DNA from: an uncultured Acidobacteriota bacterium
Lineage (GTDB): Bacteria; Acidobacteriota; Vicinamibacteria; Vicinamibacterales; JAFNAJ01
DNA: 64,000 nucleotides
Direction of reading: 5' to 3'
Assembly: GCA_963697285.1 (NCBI GenBank)
Contig: CAVONI010000001.1
Location: 391,462 to 455,461, forward strand
The notes under the pieces are model-generated. The model searched no databases. It was not told where the DNA came from and was given only the letters and a program-made list of their open reading frames with translations. Shown here one piece after another: positions 49,140 through 58,601 of this stretch. The stretch's first letter is position 1. The number at the start of each line of letters is the position of its first letter. The position numbers were made by a program, and so were the translations under genes.

Positions 49140-49667
49140 ATGAAGACGTTCGCGACGCTGGCGCTGATGCTGACCCTGGCAACGTTCGACGTGGCGTGGA
49201 ATACCTGTGGCGCCACGCTGAGATCGCGGACGGTGGCCGCCGCGGAGAAGCGGCCGCTGCCGGCCCTGACGCTCGTCGGGGCCAACGGCGCGACGTTGAC
49301 GACGGCGGCGCTGTCGCCGGAGTCGCAGTGGCTCCTGATCTACGTGACGCCTGGAGCACCGGCGACAGACCGCCTCATCGAGGCGATGAAGACATGGGAG
49401 TTGGGCACAGGGCTGCGCAAGGTGGTGTTCGTCATCGATGCGCGTTCGCCAGAGACGGCGGCGTGGGCGCGACGCCTGCTCCCGCAGACCGAGGAGACCC
49501 TGCCGCCGCGCTTCTTCGATGCGACCGGTGAAGCCCGGGCAGCGCTGCGCGTCACCGGGACGCCGACGCTGATGGGGATCAAGGATGGCGAGATCTCGTG
49601 GGGCCTCGCCGGCGTCCTGAACGACCCCGCTGCCGTGGAGCCGGTGATCCGCAACTGGATCAGGTAG
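49140..49667 (+). CDS. Exported thioredoxin-fold paralog lacking the CxxC (WLLIYVTPGAPAT)
   Basis: KRPLPAL, WLLIYV, GTPTLMG and WGLAGVLNDPAAVE closely match 18644-19147 (QRPLPAF, WVLIYV, GSPVIIG, WALAGVLNDPAALE), but the catalytic cysteines are absent. Confidence 0.8.
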   Translation: MKTFATLALMLTLATFDVAWNTCGATLRSRTVAAAEKRPLPALTLVGANGATLTTAALSPESQWLLIYVTPGAPATDRLIEAMKTWELGTGLRKVVFVIDARSPETAAWARRLLPQTEETLPPRFFDATGEARAALRVTGTPTLMGIKDGEISWGLAGVLNDPAAVEPVIRNWIR

Positions 49668-49689
49668 GGGCCGCGCCCCCGCGCGGCCC
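49668..49689. terminator. GC-rich hairpin between convergent genes (possible terminator)
   Basis: GGGCCGCGC-CCCC-GCGCGGCCC is a perfect 9-bp stem immediately after the 49667 stop. There is no U-tract. Confidence 0.4.
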
Positions 49690-49746
49690 GAGACGGTCGC
49701 ACCGTGCGCGCCCCGCGCGGCCCGTGCGCGTGGGGATACCGTCTGC

Positions 49747-52700
49747 CTACCTGATCTTCACCGCCGTCGCGTTCGTCCCACCGTTCCAGAACTGGTTCGG
49801 ATGGGTGGTGAAGTACATCGCGCGTTCGACGGCGATGCCGACGTTGTCGAGCGATTCGACGATGGCGCCGAAGCGCTCGCCGGCAGGGTCATAGTCCGGC
49901 GCGTTCAGCAGGGCCGTCATGTCGGCGTTGGCGCGGGCGTTGGCCTCGAGGAGTTGCTCCGACACGATGGGCGCACGGTTGCCCTGACGCAGGAACGTGA
50001 CGCGGACGCGTGTGGCCGTGTTCGTCGGGTTCGTCAGCAGGATGTAGGTCTCGAAGTGCTGCGCGAACCCGAAACGCCCTTCTGCAAGTCCCCACGCCAC
50101 GCCCGTCGATGTCACGCCGAAGCTGTTGTGGGCTTCGTACCACTGGGCATACTCGCCTGGCCAGTACATCGCGCGCTCGGAGATCACGGGCACGTCCGAG
50201 GTCACTTCGGTCGACACGTCGTTGTCGGGAAGCCCGGGGATGCCGTCGACGTAGATGGTCTCGCGGCTTTGGCCGGCCACGGTGCGCGTGGTCGTGATGG
50301 GCGTGTCGTTCGCACGCAGGAAGCGCACGGTCACGTGCGCCGGGGTCGATGCCCGGGTTGCCGATGAGGATGTACGTGTCGAAGAACGGTCCCGTGCGCC
50401 CTTCGGCGTGGAACCAGTTCGTGGACGGCGCCGACACGCCTGCGCTTTCGTGCCCGCCGTTGAACAACGGAGACCCGAAGTACATGGCACGCTCGGCGAT
50501 GATCGGGATGTCGCTGGTCACGACCGTCGAGAACGACTGGCCGTTCAGTTGAGCGGGCATCTCCGCGGCCCAGAAGTTGTCGCGCGACGTCGGGCCTACC
50601 TCCTTGGTGGTCGACACCGGCGACGCGCCCTGGCGCAGGAAGGTCAGCGTCACGGTCGCCTTCGTCGCGTTCGAGTTGGCCAGCAGGATGAACGTGTCGA
50701 AGACGGGCGACGACTGGAATCCTTCGCCGAAATACCAGGTCGTCTTCGGCCCGTCCACCGCATTGCCGGTGTGGCCGCCGTAGTAGGTGGCGTCCCAGAA
50801 CAGCGAACGCTCGACGATCAGGGGGAGGCCGCTCGACGAGGTGACGATCGTCGACACGTCGGCGCTGGCCAGTTGCGGCACTTCAGTTTCGACGGCGACC
50901 GTCCGCGAGCGCTTCGCGGGAAGCGTGAAGTTCAGCGGATAGGTGTTGCCGAACTTGTCGAGGAAGGTCATCACCACCGGGGCGTCCTGGTCGTTCGGAT
51001 TGGCGATGACGATGTCGAGGTCGAAGAACGCGCCGGTCGCGCCCTCGGCGAGGTAATACGACAGCGGCACAGGCGTGAAGCGCTGGGTGAACGTTGTCGT
51101 CTGTCCCGAGACGGTGATGATGCCGATTCGCTCCGCGTCAGTGGTGTTGGCCTGGCGGGTCACGGTCAACGTGCCTGATCCCGTGCGTTGAAGGGCCGGC
51201 ACCGTCAGCCATGGGACGTTGCTGGCCGGCGTCCATGGACATGCGTCGCCCGTCGTCACCACGATGTCGGTGGTCCCGGCGCTCTCGGCGACGGGCGCGA
51301 TCTGCGGCGTGAGCACGTACGTGCACGACGCCGACACGTCCACATTCGCCGATGCCGACCCGTTGATCGAGATGTCGTAGCCGGCGCTGGCGGTGTTGAC
51401 GGTGAGTGCCTGCACGCCCGGCGCCGCCGGTGCGATCACGGACCACTGCACCTGCGCCGACCCTCCTGGTGCGATCGGGGCGACCGCCTGCGCGGCGTTT
51501 CCAACGATGGCGAATCCGCCTCCGGGCGGGGGAACCAGCGTCGCCGTTGTCGAGACGAGCGGCAGCGCCGGCAGTCCTGCCACCGGCGACGTGTTGGTCA
51601 GCGTGGCCGTGACGGTGAACTGCGACAGGGGGCCGACGGTCGGCGGTGTCGCCAGCGAGAGAGCAGGCGACGGCAGGGCGCTCCTCATGAACCCGCCGGA
51701 GTGGGCCAGCGCTGCACGTTGGGAACCACCGGAGACGTTGTCGACCCGCAGCACCGTGGCTGTGCTGGTGCTGCCCTGCACCTGCTCGACGTTGTCGACG
51801 GTCGACGACCGAGTCCGCGAGCAGCGCTCCCGTTGCCGCGCTGTACAGGCGCAGGTCGAGGTTCTTCAGGGGCGACGCCACCGGGTTCGATGTCGACGTC
51901 GTCACGTCGCGTGTCCACACGAGCGTGGCCTTGGCCGACGTGGTCGCAGGGCGATGGAAGTACGTGGCTCCTGTGCCCGCGCCTGTCACGTCGAGGGCAA
52001 CGACAGATGAACGCTGCGCGAAGGCAGTGCTGCCGTTCACGTAGCCCCATCCCGATGACGGACTCCAGCCCGCGGTGAAGGGATCGATGTCGTCGGCGCT
52101 GTTGATGATCAGCGCCTTGGCGGCGATGGCCTTGTCTGGCTCGAGCACGGTCGCGTCACCGACACCCGCATCGAGGATGAGCGCGGCGAGGCCGGCAACG
52201 AAGGCCGACGACAGGGACGTGCCCATGCCCGGGATGTCGCTCGTGAGCCCTGTGTTCCCGAGGTACGAGGGCGAGACGACCGGAGCGCCAGGCGCGACGA
52301 CGTCGGGCTTCTTGCGGCCCGAGACAACTGTCGGCCCTCGGGCACTGTCCAGCAACACGGTGTCGTTGGCGCGTTCGATCGTGCCGTGCGGATCGGTGGC
52401 GCCGACGGTCAGGGTGTTGTACGCGATCCCCGGCGTGTCGATGTCGAAGTTGTTGCCCGCGGGCACCGTGATGACCTTGAAATGGACGTCGGCGACCGCG
52501 TCGAGATACCGTGAGAGTGCCTCGTTGTCGTAGGGATCCGGGAATGGCGCATCGGCGAACGCGATCGTGCCGAAGCTGTAGTTGATGACCTCGGGCGCGT
52601 CGTCGCCGAGCGTCAGCGCCATTTCAACCCCGCCGATGACATCGGAATCCTGCTGGGTTATCCCGGAGATCGTGGCGCAGGCCGCCTTCACGTTCACCAG

Positions 52701-53420
52701 CTTCCGCACTCCTGGTGCGACGCCCGCGTACATGGCGTCGACACTCGCAATCACACCGGCGATGGCCGTGCCATGCCCCTGGTAGTCGTCGGCGCTCGTG
52801 TCGTCGTCTGGCGCCGCACACCCCGAGGCGAGCGAGATCCGGTTCACGAGGCGTGACGAGGGTCCCGGGGGGTCGATGAGCGTGTTGAGCGAGAAGACGC
52901 CCGTGTCGACCACCGCGACATCAACGGACGTGCCCGTGAACCCCGCCGTGGTGAAGGCAGATGTCAGGATGCTGGGCACTGCGATGCTGAGCCGGGGGTA
53001 ACGCGCGCGATCGGGCGTGACGCGGTCCACATCCGGGTGTGCACGCAGGCGATCGATCGTCCCTGCGGGGATCCGCGCCGCAAGCGACGGGAGCGCATGG
53101 AAGTGCCGCGTGACCGTGCCGCCGAGCGCGCGGATGACCGACACGACGCGCGCGCGTGGCGTTGCGGCTCGACGCTCGTTGTCACGAAGGCGGACGCGGT
53201 CGCGCGCACCGCGCCACGCGTTGCGCTCCTCGTTGCCGAGCCGGGCGGGCTGCGACGCATCGAAGGCCCGGGGCGCCGCGTCGACGCGAAGCACGACGAT
53301 CACCGCCTCGGCCGGCGCCGGGGCCTGGCCGTGGACGCGGTCGCGTCGCGGCGAGCCGATCACGAGGGCCGACAGCGCTGCCAGGCACGCAAGCACTGCC
53401 CATCGACGAGCTGGTGGCAC
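49747..53420 (-). CDS. Secreted S8 (subtilisin-like) serine protease, ~1,220 aa reconstructed: I9-like prodomain, NEW3/CARDB-like and BACON-like domains, four C-terminal YxAEG repeats; two apparent +1 frameshifts
   Basis: Catalytic triad motifs VAVVDTG, QGHGTAIAG and GTSLSSAFVAG, with oxyanion PAGN. Joins ORFs 51138-53420, 49889-51781 and 49747-50490. Extra base at ~51810 (removal gives DSSSTVDNVEQV) and in the GGGG run at 50342-50345 (removal gives IDPAHVTVRFL). Confidence 0.87.
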
Positions 53421-53521
53421 GAGGCATTGTAACGGGACGTGTCGCCCCAGGCCACAGCCAGCGCGGCGGGGTGCATTCCGGTGCCTGTCGCCGGTCGGCC
53501 CGCAGGTGATAGATTCCCCTC

Positions 53522-55714
53522 ATGTCCGCGCACCCGTTGGCCTCGACGTTCGCCGCGCTCGCTCGTGGCGTCCATTCCGACCCGTTCAGCGTCCTCGGGC
53601 CGCACGCACACGGAGCTGGCGTGATCATCCGGACGATCCAGCCACACGCATCCGCAGTGTGCGTTGTCGACACAGCGGGCCGCGCGCATCCGATGACCCG
53701 CGTGCATGCCGACGGTGTCTTCGAGGCCAGTATCGGCGACATGGCGCCAGGCGACGCCTACCGCCTCCGTGTCACGCGCGGCGACGGGTCGAGTGACGAT
53801 CACGACGATCCCTACCGCTTCGGGCAGGTGATGGGCGACATCGACCTGCACCTGTTCGCCGAGGGCACGCTGCGGCGGGCCTACGACGTGTTCGGCTCGC
53901 GCATCATGACGATGGCGGGCGTCGCAGGGACGTATTTCGCGGTGTGGGCGCCGAACGCGTCGCGCGTGTCGGTGGTCGGCGACTTCAACGCCTGGGACGG
54001 CCGTGTGCACGTCATGCGTCGCCTCGTGCCGAGCGGCGTGTGGGAGTTGTTCATCCCCGGCATCGCGCCGGGCGCCACCTACAAGTACGAGGTGCGGTCG
54101 CCGTACGGCGTGCCTGTGCTGAAGGCCGATCCCTTTGCGCGGTATGCCGAGATCCCGCCGGCCACCGCGTCGGTGGTGTGGGATGCCCCCGCGTATGCGT
54201 GGCGCGACCGCGAGTGGCTCGACGCGCGCGCCGCTGCCGGGCCGTGGTTCGAGCGGCCGGTCGCGATCTACGAAATGCACCTGGGATCGTGGATGCGCGC
54301 CGACGACGGCGTGACCTTCCTGACGTACCGGGAGCTGGCTGCGAAGCTGGTGCCGTACCTGCGCGACATGGGGTTCACGCACATCGAGTTGATGCCGGTG
54401 CTCGAGCATCCCTACACCGGCTCGTGGGGCTACCAGGTCACGGGGTTCTTCGCGCCGACCTCGCGGTTCGGCACGCCCGACGACTTCAAGTTCTTCGTGG
54501 ACGAGTGCCACGTGCACGGCATCGGCGTGCTGCTCGACTGGGTGCCGGGACACTTCCCGAAGGATGCGCACGGGCTGGCCCGGTTCGACGGGACGGCGCT
54601 GTACGAGCACGAGGATCCGCGCCAGGGCGAGCACCAGGACTGGGGCACGCTCATCTTCAACTACGGCCGCAACGAAGTGCGCACGTTCCTGATCAACTCC
54701 GCGCTGTTCTGGCTCGGCGAGTACCACCTCGACGGGCTGCGTGTCGACGCGGTGGCCTCGATGCTCTACCTCGACTACTCGCGCAGCGCGGGCCAGTGGG
54801 TGCCGAACCGGTACGGTGGCCGCGAGAACCTCGAAGCGGTGGCCTTCATCCGCCAACTGAACGAGGTCGCGCACACCGAACACGCGGGCACGATGATGAT
54901 CGCGGAGGAATCGACCTCGTGGCCCGGCGTGAGCCGCCCGGTGTACGTGGGCGGGCTTGGCTTCACCTACAAGTGGAACATGGGGTGGATGCACGACATG
55001 CTGCAGTACGTGAAGTGCGACCCCATCCACCGCCGCTGGGAGCACAACAAGGTCACGTTCTCGATGATCTACGCGTACAGCGAGAACTTCATCCTGCCCT
55101 TCTCGCACGACGAGGTCGTGCACGGCAAGGGCTCGATGCTCGGCAAGATGGCGGGCGACGAGTGGCAGCGCGCCGCCACGCTCCGCGCGCTCTACGCGTA
55201 CATGTACTCGCATCCCGGCAAGAAGCTGCTCTTCATGGGCGACGAGTTCGCGGTGCGGGAGGAATGGAACAGCGAGGCGAGCCTGCCGTGGCAGGCGGCC
55301 GACGTGATGCCCCACCTCGGCGTGTCGCGCTTCACGCGCGATCTCAACCGGGTCTACAGGCAGGAGCCCGCGCTGTTCGAGCTCGACTTCGACCCCGCGG
55401 GCTTCCAGTGGATCGACGCCAACGACAACGAGAACAGCGTGTTCTCGTTCATGCGCGTTGATCGCGGTGGCCACGAGGTCGTCGTCGTGGTGCTGAACTT
55501 CACCCCGGTGGTCAGGACGGGTTACCGGATCGGCGTGCCGCAGCCAGGCACATATCGAGAGGTCCTCAACAGCGACGCCGCCGCGTACGGGGGCACCAAC
55601 GTCGGCAACCTGGGCGTGGTGACGGCCGAACCGGTTGCCGTGCACGGCCGCGCGCAGTCGATTGCGCTCACGCTGCCGCCGCTCGCGGCGCTGTACCTGA
55701 AGTGGCAGCGGTAG
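53522..55714 (+). CDS. glgB: 1,4-alpha-glucan branching enzyme (GH13)
   Basis: FAVWAPNA, YEMHLGSW, SWGYQ, DWVPGHFPKD, catalytic LRVDAVASM / IAEEST / SHDEVVHGK, WNMGWMHD and LTLPPLA. Confidence 0.97.
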   Translation: MSAHPLASTFAALARGVHSDPFSVLGPHAHGAGVIIRTIQPHASAVCVVDTAGRAHPMTRVHADGVFEASIGDMAPGDAYRLRVTRGDGSSDDHDDPYRFGQVMGDIDLHLFAEGTLRRAYDVFGSRIMTMAGVAGTYFAVWAPNASRVSVVGDFNAWDGRVHVMRRLVPSGVWELFIPGIAPGATYKYEVRSPYGVPVLKADPFARYAEIPPATASVVWDAPAYAWRDREWLDARAAAGPWFERPVAIYEMHLGSWMRADDGVTFLTYRELAAKLVPYLRDMGFTHIELMPVLEHPYTGSWGYQVTGFFAPTSRFGTPDDFKFFVDECHVHGIGVLLDWVPGHFPKDAHGLARFDGTALYEHEDPRQGEHQDWGTLIFNYGRNEVRTFLINSALFWLGEYHLDGLRVDAVASMLYLDYSRSAGQWVPNRYGGRENLEAVAFIRQLNEVAHTEHAGTMMIAEESTSWPGVSRPVYVGGLGFTYKWNMGWMHDMLQYVKCDPIHRRWEHNKVTFSMIYAYSENFILPFSHDEVVHGKGSMLGKMAGDEWQRAATLRALYAYMYSHPGKKLLFMGDEFAVREEWNSEASLPWQAADVMPHLGVSRFTRDLNRVYRQEPALFELDFDPAGFQWIDANDNENSVFSFMRVDRGGHEVVVVVLNFTPVVRTGYRIGVPQPGTYREVLNSDAAAYGGTNVGNLGVVTAEPVAVHGRAQSIALTLPPLAALYLKWQR

Positions 55715-55787
55715 GGCGGCACACGGCCACCGAACAGGTCACCGAAGGCGTCAGGCGTCGGGCCGCGCGGGGCCGAGGCCATCGGCG

Positions 55788-56468
55788 TCATTCGGGGGCA
55801 CGGTCGTAGACCTTCTTCACTTCCATGGGACGCCGGGCCATCGGCATGTTCGCCACGTAGGTGACGACGAGCCGCGTCGACGTGCCATCCGCCGCGGATT
55901 CGAGAGCGAATCGGCGCTCGACCTTGATCCCGTCCTTCGTCGTCGTCTCGACGCGGAGCACGCCGTCCTTCCACGCGGCGCGGTTCGTGACGTCGCCGGC
56001 GTCAAGCGTGTGCGGGTATTTCTTGCCGTCGGCCACGAGGCGCTCGCGGCTGCCGTCGGGCGCTTCGATGACGACGGTGTTCCCGTCGTTCGCGATGGAG
56101 AGATGTTCGGGGGCGTCCATCAGCTCGCGCATCGTGTCGCGCGCCCGGCGCATGCGCTCGGGATCCATCCCGGCGCCTCCGGCGCCCGACATCGGACCGC
56201 CTCCAGGGCGCCCACCTCCCATGCCACCCATGGCGCCGCCTCCGCCGCCCATCCCGCCCCCGACGGGGCCTGTCGGGCGGGTGCCATCCTCCATCCCGCC
56301 GCGTGGCGGCTCCTGGCTCAGGCCGGGGTTGAGGGTCCATGACCCCGACAGGTCGCGGGATGCCGGCCCGGCGGCAGGCAGGGTGGCGACGAGCGGGGCG
56401 GCGATGCACAGCGACGCGGCGAGTGCCGATGGCAGCAGCGAGGCGAACCGGCGGGCGACTGGCGACAT
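55788..56468 (-). CDS. Hypothetical secreted protein with a Gly/Met-rich low-complexity insert (lipocalin-like DLSGSWTLN start)
   Basis: The 3' part of ORF 55788-57071 from ATG 56468 has a signal peptide, DLSGSWTLNPGLS, GGGMGGGGGAMGGMGGG and a beta-rich C-terminus ending KKVYDR. The upstream part overlaps the OPT gene antisense and is rejected. Confidence 0.75.
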   Translation of the reverse strand: MSPVARRFASLLPSALAASLCIAAPLVATLPAAGPASRDLSGSWTLNPGLSQEPPRGGMEDGTRPTGPVGGGMGGGGGAMGGMGGGRPGGGPMSGAGGAGMDPERMRRARDTMRELMDAPEHLSIANDGNTVVIEAPDGSRERLVADGKKYPHTLDAGDVTNRAAWKDGVLRVETTTKDGIKVERRFALESAADGTSTRLVVTYVANMPMARRPMEVKKVYDRAPE

Positions 56469-56600
56469 GAGAGACCTCGTGGCAGACCTGCGAGACGTCA
56501 CTATTCTGCATCCTTGACGTCGTTGCCTCTGGCCCGGCCATTCCCCATACAATACGCACCGTCGAACGCCGTCTTCCCCTTCAGCGCCACGGTGCCCTCC

Positions 56601-58598
56601 ATGTCTACCCCCGACACGTCGACCACGCGCCTGCCAGACAACGCCTACGTTCCGCTGAAGCCCGGCGAGGTCTACCAGCCCATCGTCCCGGCGTCGGTGC
56701 GTGAACCCGAGGCGTCGACCAGATCGATCGTCGTCGGGTTGATCCTGTGCGTCGTCTTCACGGTGGCGTCGGCCTACTCGGGCCTCAAGGTGGGCCAGGT
56801 GATGGAGGCGTCGATCCCGATCTCGATTCTCGCGATCGGGCTCGCGCGGGTCTACAAGCGACGGTCGTCGCTGCTCGAGAACGTCATCCTGACCAACATC
56901 GGCGGGACGTCGGGATCCGTCGTGGCGGGCGCGATCTTCACGCTGCCGGCGTTGTACATCCTGCAGCTCAATCCGCATCCGTTGCAGTCGGTGTTCATCT
57001 GCCTGGCAGGGGGGTGCCTCGGCGTCCTGTTCCTCATCCCGCTGCGACGCTACTTCGTGCGCGAGACGCACGGCGAGTTGCCGTTCCCCGAGGCCACGGC
57101 GATCACCGAGGTGCTGGTGACCGGCGAGCGCGGCGGTTCACAGGCGCGCCTGCTGATCGAGGCCACGTTGATCGCGGGCGTCTACGACTTCTTCGTGACG
57201 ACCTTCCAGGTGTGGAAGGAGTACATCAACCTGCGCTTCGTGCCGGCCATCGACGCGCTGGCAGAGCGGGCGCGGATCGTCATCAGCTTCGACGCCGTCG
57301 CCTTCATCCTGGGGCTCGGCTACGTGATGGGGCTGCGGTCGTCGATGATCCTGGTCGCGGGCGGCGTGCTCTCGAACTTCGTGCTGGTGCCGCTGATCTG
57401 GATGATCGGAAGCAGCATCACCGACGCGCCGGTGTACCCGGCGACCATCCCGCTGGCGCAGATGACGGCCGAGCAGATCTTCCGCGGCTACGTGCGCTTC
57501 ATCGGGGTCGGTGCGATTGCCGCGGCGGGGATCTTCGGCATCCTGAAGTCGCTGCGTGTGATCGCGGCGTCGTTCTCGATCGCGGCCAGGACGTTCAGTG
57601 GTTCGCACGTGGCGAGCACCGAGCGTACCGACGTCGACCTGCCGTTTGCGCAGATGCTGATGGGTGTGATCGCGTTCGCCCTGGCGATCGCCGCGTTCTT
57701 CGGCATGCTCTCGACGTCACCGATGCACATCCTGCTCGGCGTGGTGCTGACGCTCGGGTTCTCGTTCTTCTTCGTGTCGGTGGCGGCGAACGCGATCGCG
57801 ACGACGGCACGCAATCCCGTCTCGGGGATGACGATGCTGACGATCATCGTGTCGTCGATCGTGCTGTTGCGTTTTGGCGTGTCGGGGCAGAGCGGCATGT
57901 TCTTCGTGATGGCGATCGCGGGGATGGTCTGCACGTCGCTGTCGATGTCTGGACAGACGATCACCGACCTGAAGACGGGGTACTGGCTGGGGTCGACGCC
58001 GGCGACGCAGCAGAAGGTGAAGTTCCTGGGGGTGATTGCGGCGTCGGTGGCGGCCGGGCTGTCGATCGTGCTGCTGGCGCAGGCGTTCCAGTTTGGTGAA
58101 GCGGCGCCTGGCGACACGCGAGCGGTGCTCGCCTCGCCGCAGGCGTCGATCATGAAGGCGCTGGTGGAAGGGTTCATGAGCCAGCAACCGGTGGCGTTCG
58201 CGCTGTTCGGCGCCGGGGCGATGGTAGCGGTGATCATGGAGATGCTGGGCGTGCCGGCGCTGGTGTTCGCGCTGGGGATGTACCTGCCGCTGGAACTGAA
58301 CCTGCCGGCGCTGGTGGGCGGCGTGCTGGCGCACTTCATCGGCAAGCGCGCCGACGTGGCCGGCGAGCGCGGCCGCGACTTCCGCGAGCGCGGCGTCATC
58401 ATCGCGTCGGGCCTGATGGCCGGCGGCGCGCTTGGCGGCGTGTTGGGCGCTGCGCTGCGCCTGTTCGGCTGGTACCGCGAAGACCTGATCCAGACCCCGT
58501 TCTACGCCAACGAGCCCATCTCCCAGACCATCTCGCTGCTGATGTTCGTCGCCCTGTGCGCCCACCTCTGGTGGCACTCCCTCTATCGCAAGTCCTAG
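56601..58598 (+). CDS. Oligopeptide transporter, OPT family
   Basis: AYSGLKVG, SIPISIL, LLENVI, GAIFTLPAL, LPFPEATAITEVL, NPVSGMT, DLKTGYWLGSTP, ASPQA, ALGMYLPL and ASGLMAG, with many hydrophobic helices. Likely start ATG 56601. Confidence 0.95.
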   Translation: MSTPDTSTTRLPDNAYVPLKPGEVYQPIVPASVREPEASTRSIVVGLILCVVFTVASAYSGLKVGQVMEASIPISILAIGLARVYKRRSSLLENVILTNIGGTSGSVVAGAIFTLPALYILQLNPHPLQSVFICLAGGCLGVLFLIPLRRYFVRETHGELPFPEATAITEVLVTGERGGSQARLLIEATLIAGVYDFFVTTFQVWKEYINLRFVPAIDALAERARIVISFDAVAFILGLGYVMGLRSSMILVAGGVLSNFVLVPLIWMIGSSITDAPVYPATIPLAQMTAEQIFRGYVRFIGVGAIAAAGIFGILKSLRVIAASFSIAARTFSGSHVASTERTDVDLPFAQMLMGVIAFALAIAAFFGMLSTSPMHILLGVVLTLGFSFFFVSVAANAIATTARNPVSGMTMLTIIVSSIVLLRFGVSGQSGMFFVMAIAGMVCTSLSMSGQTITDLKTGYWLGSTPATQQKVKFLGVIAASVAAGLSIVLLAQAFQFGEAAPGDTRAVLASPQASIMKALVEGFMSQQPVAFALFGAGAMVAVIMEMLGVPALVFALGMYLPLELNLPALVGGVLAHFIGKRADVAGERGRDFRERGVIIASGLMAGGALGGVLGAALRLFGWYREDLIQTPFYANEPISQTISLLMFVALCAHLWWHSLYRKS

Positions 58599-58601
58599 CC
58601 C

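Noticed and set aside
12870-51815. Programmed ribosomal frameshifting or SSR phase variation at the indel sites
   Set aside because: No slippery heptamers or long homopolymer/SSR tracts, and the sites are not shared between paralogs A1 and A2.
56469-57071. Upstream extension of ORF 55788-57071
   Set aside because: Overlaps the OPT gene on the opposite strand; the signal peptide begins at 56468.
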